IMG/VR virus record: IMGVR_UViG_3300028482_000001 | Location: 1 to 64,000 of that record | Source of the DNA: a virus | Taxonomy: Duplodnaviria > Caudoviricetes | Direction: 5' to 3' (one strand) | Length of the DNA stretch: 64,000 nucleotides | In this document: positions 1 through 9,351 of the stretch, in pieces | Layout of the letters: every line of letters begins with the position of its first letter | Numbering within the stretch: the stretch's first letter is position 1 | Notes under the pieces: generated by a model | The model's input: only the letters and a program-made list of their open reading frames with translations | Databases searched by the model: none | What the model was told of the DNA's origin: nothing | Program-made: the position numbers and the translations under genes

Positions 1-2
1 GG

Positions 3-320
3 TGTATATTAGTTGATAGCGAAGGCGATGAGCCAACATATGAACAAAGAAGTGTTACAAATGTTAATGGAAACACAATTACAATTGATTCAGCGTTTAG
101 TAAAAATTTAACGACCGTTTTAATTTTCCAGAATGATCAATTGCAAAACCATAAACATGAGATAAAATGGCACGCGAATAGTGGTGCTGGAGCCTACTAC
201 GCTATCGGAGATGGAAGCCAACCAATTACAGACCTAACAGTCAATATTGTTGGCGCAAGAGTTGGTGATGAAACAAGATCTAAGAATACAACTGTTCGTT
301 TATGGAAAAGAATTAGCTAA
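3..320 (+). CDS. 3' end of tail fibre / receptor-binding protein (partial, runs in from window edge)
   Basis: Open frame 3-320 translated by hand: ...DSAFSKNLTTVLIFQNDQLQNHKHE...GARVGDETRSKNTTVRLWKRIS*; the ending is typical of phage tail-fibre C-termini. Confidence 0.8.
   Translation, partial: CILVDSEGDEPTYEQRSVTNVNGNTITIDSAFSKNLTTVLIFQNDQLQNHKHEIKWHANSGAGAYYAIGDGSQPITDLTVNIVGARVGDETRSKNTTVRLWKRIS
100..131 (+). repeat. Left inversion (recombination) site
   Basis: GACCGTTTTAATTTT (113-127) is the exact inverse of 581-595; imperfect dyad centred on AC. Confidence 0.85.
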
Positions 321-594
321 TACGTTGCCATAACTTTATTGTGGTATTAAGAGGTTGAACAGTTTTAGAATTGCCATAAATTGATGATGAACGAGAAGCA
401 TCTATATATACTGTATTAAAAGCGGATATGGATGAACTCGTAGTGTCCATTATACGTCCTGATTCAGAACCTGTTTTAGCCTTGGAAAATACACCGCTTG
501 TAACATCTCCCCAAATAAAACCGCAGTACCCATAAGGATTACCAAATTTACCAGTGATATTAGGTAACCCAGGAGCCTGTAAAATTAAAACGGT
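313..594 (-). other. Silent alternative tail-fibre C-terminal cassette (no start codon of its own)
   Basis: Minus-strand open frame TVLILQAPGLPNITGKFG...DASRSSSIYGNSKTVQPLNTTIKLWQRIS*, starting in the same codon register at the inverted repeat as the expressed variant. Confidence 0.85.
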
Positions 595-610
595 CTTTTA
601 TATTTTACAG
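577..610 (-). repeat. Right inversion (recombination) site
   Basis: CTGTAAAAT...ATTTTACAG dyad enclosing the 15-bp inverted copy of 113-127. Confidence 0.85.
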
Positions 611-648
611 AAAAAAGGCTATCTAACAATATAGATAGCCTTTTTTTC
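611..648. terminator. Bidirectional intrinsic terminator
   Basis: AAAAAAGGCTATCTA-acaata-TAGATAGCCTTTTTTT between convergent genes. Confidence 0.85.
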
Positions 649-1107
649 TTATTTATGCACAAAGAAAAAATAATTGACTAATTTTCCTTTTGGTGCGTCA
701 ATGTCTGATAAATAAGCATCTGCTAATTTCCCAAATACTGATGGATCTACAAGTCCAGATTCTCGCAAAACATCAGAATAATCATAGTACATCATGTGCA
801 TCACACACCAAAATTCATATTGTGTATAATCATCAGTAGAACTTGAAAAAGTAACTCCAATTTTTCTAGCAATATCGTTTGTTTGCTCAATAGTCCATTT
901 TTTACCTTTTTCGTTGTCTTTGAACATATGTTCTACCATTTTACAACACAAAGAATCACAAAGATGATTTGCATAAATTTCTTTATATAATGTTGCAAAA
1001 ATTTCATCTTTTGTTTTCTCTTTGTCAATTTCTGCTGCAGCCAAAAGAAATAGTTTGCTTACATCAATCTTATCTTTTGCCTTGTCTAATAATTCACTGA
1101 TTGTCAT
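649..1107 (-). CDS. Conserved phage hypothetical protein
   Basis: 152 aa ORF with EFWCVMHMMYYDY motif of a type common in gut phages; last gene of a tight operon. Confidence 0.6.
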   Translation of the reverse strand: MTISELLDKAKDKIDVSKLFLLAAAEIDKEKTKDEIFATLYKEIYANHLCDSLCCKMVEHMFKDNEKGKKWTIEQTNDIARKIGVTFSSSTDDYTQYEFWCVMHMMYYDYSDVLRESGLVDPSVFGKLADAYLSDIDAPKGKLVNYFFFVHK

Positions 1108-1110
1108 TTT

Positions 1111-1389
1111 TTATTTCCTCCAAAAAGATTTTTTAGGGGTTATGTTTTTAATTTCATATTCAACTTCATCTTGAGAATTTTCTTTTATACTAGGCAAATT
1201 TTCAGATTTTTGGATTGTTGGTTCTGATGTAGAATATACATTAAAATTTGGTTGAATTTGAATTTCTTGTGGAATTTCGATTACTTGTATTTTGGGAATA
1301 ACATACACAAAAGGAAAATCAGATTTGAAAACTTCCAAAGAAACAGGGAAATCTCCTTGATAAATATTTTTAAAAGTTTGAAATTGCAT
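1111..1389 (-). CDS. Hypothetical protein
   Basis: 92 aa ORF, translationally coupled within operon. Confidence 0.5.
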   Translation of the reverse strand: MQFQTFKNIYQGDFPVSLEVFKSDFPFVYVIPKIQVIEIPQEIQIQPNFNVYSTSEPTIQKSENLPSIKENSQDEVEYEIKNITPKKSFWRK

Positions 1390-1717
1390 TTTTATTCACT
1401 CCTGGGAAAATACTTGTTATAATATTTTCAATGATCTCGCTTAGAAAAAAATCAGTATTTGGAATTGTAAATAAATTTACAACATCTTTATATTTGGTAA
1501 ACTGAATTAATTTTTTTAACATAATTCCGTCAACTTGCCCATCTTCTTTTAGTATTGGTTGCATGAAATTTTCAAACATTTGTATGTATTCATTTGGATT
1601 TACATTTGCCATTTTTAACGCAATAGAAGTTTTTTCTGGGATAGCAACAGAACCAAATAACAATATTAATATTTTTGATTCAATTTTATCCAATTCACTT
1701 TGTTGTTTTTGATTCAT
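1370..1717 (-). CDS. Hypothetical protein
   Basis: 115 aa ORF overlapping neighbours. Confidence 0.55.
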   Translation of the reverse strand: MNQKQQSELDKIESKILILLFGSVAIPEKTSIALKMANVNPNEYIQMFENFMQPILKEDGQVDGIMLKKLIQFTKYKDVVNLFTIPNTDFFLSEIIENIITSIFPGVNKNAISNF

Positions 1718-2090
1718 TTTCTACAGTTCCTTTTTGTGTTGATTTAAAATCTAACATTAATTGTTTAATTTGCTTTTTTAGTTCTTCATTCTCTTTTTCA
1801 AGTTGTTCTGATTTTGAAACATAACTTTCAGCGGCTGTATTAATAGTTGAAATGTAATCTTCCATTAGGAGTTTTCCATTTTCGGAACTGTTAATAAAAA
1901 CCACTTTATTCTGTTCAAAGAGATAGTCAATGAAAGCAGATAATAAATTTTGTTTTGCAATTAATACAGATTCTTGTTTACTTACAAACACTTTTTGTTC
2001 GTTACTCATTTGAGCTAATATTTGTTCATATTTATTCCAATACGCATTAGTTGTTTGATAACGTTCAAAATTTAAATTATAATTGTTCAT
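1695..2090 (-). CDS. Hypothetical coiled-coil protein
   Basis: 131 aa, RBS GGAG upstream on minus strand. Confidence 0.6.
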   Translation of the reverse strand: MNNYNLNFERYQTTNAYWNKYEQILAQMSNEQKVFVSKQESVLIAKQNLLSAFIDYLFEQNKVVFINSSENGKLLMEDYISTINTAAESYVSKSEQLEKENEELKKQIKQLMLDFKSTQKGTVENESKTTK

Positions 2091-2110
2091 GACTATCTCC
2101 TTAAAATTTA

Positions 2111-2716
2111 TTATGTTGTTGGTGTGGTACTATTACTAGCAGTAGCTGTAGGTGCTACCCAAGAATTGTACTGTGGCATTACACTAGGACAGATTGATGT
2201 TGCTGGCATAATTAATTTACCCGGTACAAAAGTTGCATTTGAGTAATTGAATAAATTCTGATCGCCATTACAACGTCTTTCAGCTTCTAAAGCAATTCCT
2301 GATGAGAACATACATTCAAGATTTTTAATTTTTTCAAGAAAGTATTGTTCTTTTAAAGCAGAAACTTCTTTTTGGCAGTCGCTTTTTTGTTCGAGTGCTG
2401 CAATTCGAGTTCGGTCGTCAACAATTGCATTAGAGATGTCTTTGTTGAATTCAAACTTGTCTTTGTTGTAGTCGATAATTGCTCTGTCTGTGTACTGTTC
2501 ACTTTTTAAATTCTGAAATTCTGCAAGTAAATTGTTGTATCTAGATTCCCATTTAGATTCCCCGCAACAGTTCATTCTGTTGTTTCCAAAAAGGTTTCCA
2601 AACAATCCTTGCCCAACTAAAGCAGCTGCTCCTGTAACTAAGCCAGAAATAGCAAGACCTTTAGTTCCATTTCCTGCGGCATCAAAATTACCACCATTTT
2701 CTGTTTTTACGATCAT
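2111..2716 (-). CDS. Conserved gut-phage hypothetical protein (Gly-rich hydrophobic N-terminus plus coiled coil)
   Basis: Likely start MIVKTEN at 2716 after GAGGA RBS (track start 2776); GLAISGLVTGAAAL segment. Confidence 0.6.
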   Translation of the reverse strand: MIVKTENGGNFDAAGNGTKGLAISGLVTGAAALVGQGLFGNLFGNNRMNCCGESKWESRYNNLLAEFQNLKSEQYTDRAIIDYNKDKFEFNKDISNAIVDDRTRIAALEQKSDCQKEVSALKEQYFLEKIKNLECMFSSGIALEAERRCNGDQNLFNYSNATFVPGKLIMPATSICPSVMPQYNSWVAPTATASNSTTPTT

Positions 2717-2838
2717 TTTTTTGTTCCTCGTATTATTTAAGATTCCAATGGCCATTTGGTATTTAAAAAATAGCATAAAAAAATATTAAAAAATTTGGGA
2801 ACAATAATATTATTGTGGGAATGATAGTATTTTGTATT

Positions 2839-3480
2839 TTATTTATAAGAATTTTTATATTTAACTATTAATTCGTAATTTGATGTTAAATTATTTCGTT
2901 CTCTTGCTGCTCGAAGTTTTTTAGTTACAGTATTTTTAGAAAACTCTTTTATTTCTTTTTGTTGCATTCCTAACGCAAGTTGTTTTAAAATTATTATTTC
3001 ATCTTTGTTTAATTCTAGTTTTACTGAATTTATTTGCTTTGTAATAAATGAAAGTAAAATATAAAAATATAAACATCGTGTAATGTGAATTAAATAATGA
3101 TATATTTTTTCTGTGCCGAAAATAAAACAAGTTGTTATAACAATAAAATAACAGATAAATGAAGCGAGTTTTATTTTTGGGCACAGTATGGAAATAATAC
3201 AGATAAGAAAGAACGATGAAAAATTGTTATAAAAATAAGTTGGAGTAAAAGCAATTAAATAGAGGAGGATAATAGAGTAAAGCAGTAAATATGGAATACA
3301 AATATTTTTTCTGATTATTAAAGTAATTGGAATAAAAACAATATTTATGCCGATATAAAGAAAAAGGCTAGTTGAGAAACCTTCAACTAAGCCTTGATAA
3401 AAATATAATACAGAAATTGCAATTGAATAAATAGCAGTGCTTTTAATAAACATATCGTTTTTTAATTGTTTCATTTTCAT
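2839..3480 (-). CDS. Multi-pass membrane protein with C-terminal LuxR-type HTH
   Basis: Several hydrophobic helices then LNKDEIIILKQLALGMQQKEI...TVTKKLRAARER; paralogue at 18607-19269. Confidence 0.7.
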   Translation of the reverse strand: MKMKQLKNDMFIKSTAIYSIAISVLYFYQGLVEGFSTSLFLYIGINIVFIPITLIIRKNICIPYLLLYSIILLYLIAFTPTYFYNNFSSFFLICIISILCPKIKLASFICYFIVITTCFIFGTEKIYHYLIHITRCLYFYILLSFITKQINSVKLELNKDEIIILKQLALGMQQKEIKEFSKNTVTKKLRAARERNNLTSNYELIVKYKNSYK

Positions 3481-3554
3481 TTTATTTTCCTTATGTAAAT
3501 ATTATGTACAATAAATAAAAAAAAATCAAGAATTTATATAAAGCCTAATTTCTG

Positions 3555-3786
3555 TGTGCACAAGTTTGTGCACAAAATAAACTATGTATAACTATAAATA
3601 ATGTTGCAAAAAAGAAAAAAGTAATGTAAAATATATTAAAAACAGGGATAATTGTGTATAATAGACTTAAAAAGCGTCTATTATAGAGGGGAAAGGGTTG
3701 TTTTATTTATATTAAATCATTACTATATAATGATTTATATTATTAAAGCTTTTGTAAATTTATAGTTTGTGCACATTATGTGTACA
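3555..3786. other. Putative attP region
   Basis: TGTGCACA-type motifs at 3555, 3567, 3768 and 3779; AGTTTGTGCACA direct repeat at 3563 and 3764; these flank the dyad TATAATAGAC-N9-GTCTATTATA (3657-3685) next to the integrase. Confidence 0.55.
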
Positions 3787-4981
3787 AATTTTTAGGTTTT
3801 TTATGGTAAAACATTTATATCAACGAACAATTACACACAATGGGAAGAAGGTTAAGGCATGGTATTTTTGGTTTTTAGACAAAAACGGAAAACGAATTAG
3901 AAGAACTTGTGGCAAAAATGGGAAACCTTGTCTGACAAAAAAAGAGGCACAATCTTTTATAGAATTGTTAGATGATAATGAATTATTAAAAGAGAATATC
4001 ACTTTTAATCAATTTGCAATAAATTTTTTTACAGAATCTTCTTTTTATATAAAAAAGCAAAAACTAAAAGGCTATGAGTATGAAGCACATACACTAAAGG
4101 CTAAACAGAGAATTCTTGATAAGTTTCTTGAAAAATTTGGAGAGAAACTTGTTTCTAATATAACTATTGGAGAAATTGAAAAATGGGTTTTTTCATTGCC
4201 TTATTCTCCTGGTTATTTAAATCGCATAATTGCTGTGATTAATATAGTTCTGTATGAATTGTACAGAGCAGAGCATTTAGACAAAATAATAAAAATGGAT
4301 AAATGTTTAGAAAGAAAAATAAGAAATAAAGGTATTTTATACCCAGATGAAATTAAAAGATTATTTCCTGATACAAAAGAAGAAATTTGCGAAGTGTGGA
4401 GAAATAAAAAAAATACAGATGAAGAAAACTTTACAACAGCAGTTTTGATTTATACAATTCTTACAACAGGTATGAGAGGATGTGAAGGAAGGGCTATTCA
4501 GTATTCTCAATTTATTCAAAAAGATGTTATTCTAATTAATGCAATGCTGAATCACAATGGAGAAAGAGTTGAACATTTAAAAAAGGGGAATGAGATTGAT
4601 AAAAGATGGAGAATTGCGATTCTTCCAGAAAAAACAATTGAATTAATTAATAAAGTGCAAAGGGTAAATCAAAACAATGGAGAAAACGATTATGTTTTTT
4701 CTTTGCATGGCAAACCATTTTCACGAACTTTATTAAATAATAAATTTAAGAAAATCTGTTTAAAAAATGGGATAAACGCAACAGAAAGAAATTTATCAAT
4801 ACACTCGTTGCGTTACACATACAATACGATGATGCGCCATCAAATATCTGGCGAAAGCCTTCGTATGATGCTCGGCCATTTGAATCCGAAAATGACCGAG
4901 TATTATGATAGAGCTAAAATTACAGATAAACTACCTCTATTGTTACAAAACAAAGATGTAATTAATAACATGTGGAATTAA
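3767..4981 (+). CDS. int: Tyrosine recombinase / phage integrase
   Basis: Catalytic motifs TGMRGCE, HSLRYTY, LGH...MTEYY; likely true start MVKHLYQR a few codons downstream. Confidence 0.9.
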   Translation: MCTLCVQIFRFFMVKHLYQRTITHNGKKVKAWYFWFLDKNGKRIRRTCGKNGKPCLTKKEAQSFIELLDDNELLKENITFNQFAINFFTESSFYIKKQKLKGYEYEAHTLKAKQRILDKFLEKFGEKLVSNITIGEIEKWVFSLPYSPGYLNRIIAVINIVLYELYRAEHLDKIIKMDKCLERKIRNKGILYPDEIKRLFPDTKEEICEVWRNKKNTDEENFTTAVLIYTILTTGMRGCEGRAIQYSQFIQKDVILINAMLNHNGERVEHLKKGNEIDKRWRIAILPEKTIELINKVQRVNQNNGENDYVFSLHGKPFSRTLLNNKFKKICLKNGINATERNLSIHSLRYTYNTMMRHQISGESLRMMLGHLNPKMTEYYDRAKITDKLPLLLQNKDVINNMWN

Positions 4982-5439
4982 AATATTTTCTTTCTTTTAC
5001 AGAAAAATATAATTATAAGTAATAAGAAAATTACAAAACTTAATGTAATAATTACTGTTTTTTGTTTCTGATTTTTTATTTTAATTTCAGATAGCTCTTT
5101 TAAATTTTCGGCATTTTTTTCCCGTTCATTCGCTAGTCTGATTTCTAACTTGCTGCAAGATTCTGTCAATTGTTGTATAGTGTTCTGTCGATTCGTAGAT
5201 AATTCTGTCAATTTTACTACTTGTTTGTTCAATTTCTTTGCTTGATTCTGTAATTTCAAATTCTGTTCGTTGAGATTTGAATTCGTTGTTTTCAAGTTCT
5301 GAAATTCCATCTCTAATGTCTGTAGTTGTTCCTCCGTTATCGAGTATGTTTGTGGATTTGCAACTTGCAGAAAATAACAATGACAGAATACAAATGCAAA
5401 TAAAACTAGAATTATTTTTTTGTGATTTTTTGAAAACAT
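4978..5439 (-). CDS. Spanin-like (Rz-like) membrane coiled-coil protein
   Basis: Hydrophobic N-terminus, long coiled coil, C-terminal TM; lies in lysis cassette. Confidence 0.55.
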   Translation of the reverse strand: MFSKNHKKIILVLFAFVFCHCYFLQVANPQTYSITEEQLQTLEMEFQNLKTTNSNLNEQNLKLQNQAKKLNKQVVKLTELSTNRQNTIQQLTESCSKLEIRLANEREKNAENLKELSEIKIKNQKQKTVIITLSFVIFLLLIIIFFCKRKKIF

Positions 5440-5458
5440 TTAAATATCCTTTTTCCAT
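5126..5458 (-). CDS. Overlapping lipoprotein, Rz1/o-spanin-like
   Basis: Signal peptide ending LLFSASC; overlaps the coiled-coil gene in another frame. Confidence 0.55.
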   Translation of the reverse strand: MEKGYLNVFKKSQKNNSSFICICILSLLFSASCKSTNILDNGGTTTDIRDGISELENNEFKSQRTEFEITESSKEIEQTSSKIDRIIYESTEHYTTIDRILQQVRNQTSE

Positions 5459-5802
5459 TTTGAAACCTTTTTCAGAATTACTTCATAAAACGTTGAACTT
5501 AATCCAATCATTACAAATAAGTTAAGTGCAAATTTTTCCCAATCTGTAATATTTGCAACACATAAAACCACATCGGCTACGCAACTCCAAAAAATTAAAA
5601 AAATAATCTTTGTATGATTAAAGATTTTAATTTCCTTTGCCTTTTTTGTTTCAAAATAAAATTCAATTTTTTTGCACAATTTTTTTGTTTGTTCCGTAAA
5701 TGTAATTATCAGGCCACAAAAAATAAATAATTCAACAGGCAAGCCGCAGTTTTCCAAAAAATTTCTAATCGTATAAAAATCCATTTTTCCCTCCAAAATC
5801 AA
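5440..5802 (-). CDS. Putative holin
   Basis: 120 aa with about three TM segments, directly downstream of endolysin. Confidence 0.6.
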   Translation of the reverse strand: MILEGKMDFYTIRNFLENCGLPVELFIFCGLIITFTEQTKKLCKKIEFYFETKKAKEIKIFNHTKIIFLIFWSCVADVVLCVANITDWEKFALNLFVMIGLSSTFYEVILKKVSKWKKDI

Positions 5803-6236
5803 ACTTCAAAATGTGGTGTGTCTTTATTTTTCCAGCGGCCTCCCCATAAAAGACCTTGACTTTCGCCAATTTTTCCCATTCTTTCCCATACATTCGTAGG
5901 GGCACTCCACCAAAATTTCCCATCTTTAACAGGAACTAGGTCTATGGCCAAACCTCGAATGTGTTTTGAATCTAAAGTCCAGGTGTTAGCTGTTTTACAT
6001 TCATAATCACTGGGTGTATAAAGTCCCGCTGCTTTATACATTTTTTTTACATCTTCAACGCCCATTCTTGATCGTGAATAATAAGCCATTTGTGTTGACA
6101 AATTTCTTTTAGTTTCTGAAATTGCAATTTTTTCAACTCCCATAAATTTTAAGTCAACATCTTCATTCATCAATGCAATTGCTTTTTCTGCTTTATCTCT
6201 TATATAAGGAGATAAATCTTCTAACTTGTTACTCAT
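5799..6236 (-). CDS. Endolysin, M15 family peptidase
   Basis: SETKR...Q, SKHIRGLAIDLVP, WGGRWK..DTPHFE motifs. Confidence 0.85.
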   Translation of the reverse strand: MSNKLEDLSPYIRDKAEKAIALMNEDVDLKFMGVEKIAISETKRNLSTQMAYYSRSRMGVEDVKKMYKAAGLYTPSDYECKTANTWTLDSKHIRGLAIDLVPVKDGKFWWSAPTNVWERMGKIGESQGLLWGGRWKNKDTPHFEV

Positions 6237-6865
6237 TATTTTCCCTCCGTTTTACTAGCAAGCCCTCTTGCCGAGAAATATATATCTTTAAAGAATTTAA
6301 AAAATTCTTCTTGAGAAAATTTTTCTAAAATGATTGGTAAGTCGTAACCGGGTAATTTTTCTTGATACAAAAATAGTTTTTCTTTAATTAAAGAGTAATA
6401 CGCTTTTGACTTTGATCTTGAATATTGTTCTAATTCAAAATCGGTTTTATTTGTAATGTGATTTCTTGTTAAGTCGTTTTTAACTTCGTAATTTATTCGG
6501 TCCTGTAAACGAAAAGTTAATAACTCAAATATAATTTTTTCTTGCGCTGATTTGAAATTAAACTCTGATAGACCTGTTTGATAAATTCTTATTCTGCCAG
6601 ATTTTAGCATAAGTTTTGTAACTTGCGACTGATTATCAATCAAATCTTTCCCTTCTGCAATATACTTTTCTTTAATTTCTGGTTTAACAGGTTCTGTTAA
6701 ATCTAATAATTTTGTTTTTAAATTCTTTTTGGTCAAAATATTTGCAATTGTTTGCACAATAAAAAAGATTAAAATTGTTGCCAAAAAAGAAAGTATGATA
6801 ACGCATACCCAAAAAATTTTAGGCATATTTGTAAAATTAAGTTCTTCCATTTTTAAATCCTCCAA
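6236..6865 (-). CDS. Membrane-anchored hypothetical protein heading lysis cassette
   Basis: N-terminal TM, GGAGG RBS, coupled to endolysin. Confidence 0.55.
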   Translation of the reverse strand: MEDLKMEELNFTNMPKIFWVCVIILSFLATILIFFIVQTIANILTKKNLKTKLLDLTEPVKPEIKEKYIAEGKDLIDNQSQVTKLMLKSGRIRIYQTGLSEFNFKSAQEKIIFELLTFRLQDRINYEVKNDLTRNHITNKTDFELEQYSRSKSKAYYSLIKEKLFLYQEKLPGYDLPIILEKFSQEEFFKFFKDIYFSARGLASKTEGK

Positions 6866-6956
6866 ATAAAAAAAGCCAATAATCTACAAAGACTATTGGC
6901 TTATTATTTATAACACCTTTTCTTTCAATATATCCTAATTTCTTAATAAAATCAAG

Positions 6957-7020
6957 AAAAGTGTTAAAAATAATACTTTTATACTTGACAAAGTATAAAT
7001 AGTAAAATATAAAAGTATTA
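6957..7020 (+). promoter_or_regulatory. Sigma70 promoter with operator-like inverted repeat
   Basis: TTGACA(6985)-17-TATAAA(7008) inside TAATACTTTTATA...TATAAAAGTATTA; 6957-6992 is identical to 19724-19759. Confidence 0.75.
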
Positions 7021-7035
7021 ATATTAATACTAAGG

Positions 7036-7233
7036 GTGTTTATGAAATTATTAAAAGACTTAGAAACGTTGTTAAAAAACATAGACAAAATGGCATCTAT
7101 AAAACTTATCAACAACAAAAAAACAAAAGAGCTTTCTGCCATTGAATTGTTTTTTCAGGGAAAATCGCAAGAAATTAACATAGAAAGAGATTCTATGTTG
7201 CAAATAATAAAAGATGTTGTGGAGAAAGTTTAA
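7036..7233 (+). CDS. Small hypothetical protein
   Basis: 65 aa ORF directly after promoter. Confidence 0.45.
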   Translation: MFMKLLKDLETLLKNIDKMASIKLINNKKTKELSAIELFFQGKSQEINIERDSMLQIIKDVVEKV

Positions 7234-8239
7234 GATGGATCAATTAAATTTATTTGATATGCCTACTTTTTCAACTGAAAAGAAAATTAGACTTATTGAA
7301 TTGTTTGCAGGAATGGGAACGCAGGCACAAGCATTAGAAAGGTTAGGTGTTGATTTTGAACATCATTTTGTTTGTGAGTTTGATAAGTATGCCATGCAAG
7401 TTTATAACGCAATTCATGGTACTAATTTTGCAACATCAGATGTTACACAAATTCATGCTACTGATTTAAATATTACTGAAAAAGACAAATATACTTATAT
7501 TCTTACATATTCATTTCCCTGCCAGTCGCTTTCATTGGCTGGAAAACAAGAGGGAATGGCAAAGGGAAGTGGAACTCGCAGCGGCTTACTTTGGGAAGTA
7601 GAACGATTGATTAATGAATGTAAAGAGCTTCCAGATGTCTTATTAATGGAAAATGTTCCACAAGTTCATTCTGAAAAAAATATAAACGATTTTGAATCGT
7701 GGCTATCTTTTTTACGATCTAAAGGGTACTACAACTTTTATCAAGACATTAATGCAAAAACTATGGGAGTTCCACAAAATCGTGATAGATGTTTTTGTGT
7801 TTCAATTCTTTCAGATGATTTTATTGATTATGAATTTCCAAAAGAGATAAAACTTCCTTGTGTTATGAAAGATTATTTAGAACCTACTGTAGATGAAAAA
7901 TATTATATCAACAGTCCGAAAGCAAAATAACTAATCGAAAAGTTAATTATGGAAAATAAAATAACAACAGAAGAAACTGTAGATTTATGCTTGAAAAATC
8001 CTAAAAAAATCGAAGTTGCTAATTGTATTAAAGCAAGAGTTGACGCAGGTATTAGTAACCTTCAATCAGATGGTTCGGGTGTAATAGAACCATCTGAAAA
8101 GAAACTCACAGTTTTATTGAGCAATCAAGGAACAAAAATAGAAAAGGAAACTGATATAGCAACTTGTTTAATGGCAAGAGATTATAAAGGTTTTGGAAAT
8201 TAAATCGGAAACGGAGTAATAGAATGTCAGAAGTAATCC
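7214..8239 (+). pseudogene. DNA cytosine-5 methyltransferase N-terminal subunit interrupted by two in-frame TAA codons
   Basis: Motif I (LFAGMG), IV (FPCQ), VI (ENV), VIII (QNRDR); frame continues through TAA at 7928 (KAK*LIEKL) and 8201 (KGFGN*IGNGVIECQK). Confidence 0.8.
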
Positions 8240-9351
8240 GTTTGGGTAACATTTACAACGAAAACGCAGGATTAGGGTTTGCAGGTAATGTATGGGATAA
8301 AAACGGATTATGTCCGACATTAACGACAATGCAAGGGGGTGGCAGAGAACCTATGATTATCGAAGAACCAAAATTAGTAGGTGGATTAGGTGAAAAAGTA
8401 AGCAATGGCGGAACGCAATATTACAACCAAGACAGAGTTTATGATAGTGATGGTGTTGCTGTTGCTGTTGCTACAAGTTTTAATGTTCACCATTGCAATA
8501 TGGTAATAGTTGCAATGTGTGGCCGCAATCCTGATAATCCGTCAGACAGAACACCAGGAATTACAACAGAACAAAGATTAGAACCAAATTCAGAAGGTAT
8601 CTGCAACACCTTAACAACAGTGCAAAAGGATAATTTAGTGTTAGAAAATATTGTAATTGGTGGTATGCAAGAACACCAAAGCATAAAAGATGATGGAGTT
8701 TGTACAACTTTGACAAGTTCTATGGGGACAGGTGGAGGATATGTGCCAATGGTAGTAGAAGAAGAAACAATCATATATGACGATTACAATTCAAATATTC
8801 CCAAAAATCAAGACTGCATCGGAACATTAACAACAAACATAGGAAGTTCATCAACGAGAAATGAAATTAAAATAATAGAAAAACAAACAGCAAGAAATAG
8901 TGAAATTGTAAAGATTGAAAAAAACGGATTTTACGAGCAAGCAATAAAAACAGCAGAAGATAATAACGCACAAGAAGGTGATATTATAGACGCTTTTAAT
9001 CAGAAAGTTTTAACTGATGGGATTTCTCCAACAATTACAACAAGACCAGAAGGAAAGAAAACTGCAATTTTACCTGTAGTAGAAAGATACAGAATCAGAA
9101 AACTGACACCTAGAGAGTGTTTTAGACTTATGAATGTTGAAGAAGAACAGTTTAATAGAGCAGAAAAAGTTGTATCGAACTCGCAACTCTACAAAGTTGC
9201 GGGCAATGCAATAGTTGTATCAGTGCTTTGTGCATTATTCAGTCAATTAGGAATACAAGGTAAAAAGAAATGGAATGATATGACAGAAGATGAAAGATTG
9301 CAGATTGTACATAAAGGAACAATTTTTGAGAAAAGGGAGGAAAACGCTTAA
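8224..9351 (+). CDS. C5 methyltransferase C-terminal subunit (repeated TRD-like segments, motifs IX-X)
   Basis: Repeated PTLTT-like segments; RKLTPRECFRLM and QLYKVAGNAIVV. Confidence 0.8.
   Translation: MSEVIRLGNIYNENAGLGFAGNVWDKNGLCPTLTTMQGGGREPMIIEEPKLVGGLGEKVSNGGTQYYNQDRVYDSDGVAVAVATSFNVHHCNMVIVAMCGRNPDNPSDRTPGITTEQRLEPNSEGICNTLTTVQKDNLVLENIVIGGMQEHQSIKDDGVCTTLTSSMGTGGGYVPMVVEEETIIYDDYNSNIPKNQDCIGTLTTNIGSSSTRNEIKIIEKQTARNSEIVKIEKNGFYEQAIKTAEDNNAQEGDIIDAFNQKVLTDGISPTITTRPEGKKTAILPVVERYRIRKLTPRECFRLMNVEEEQFNRAEKVVSNSQLYKVAGNAIVVSVLCALFSQLGIQGKKKWNDMTEDERLQIVHKGTIFEKREENA

Noticed and set aside
6837-7142. 101-aa minus-strand ORF
   Set aside because: Spans a promoter/operator palindrome, low complexity, overlaps genes on both sides
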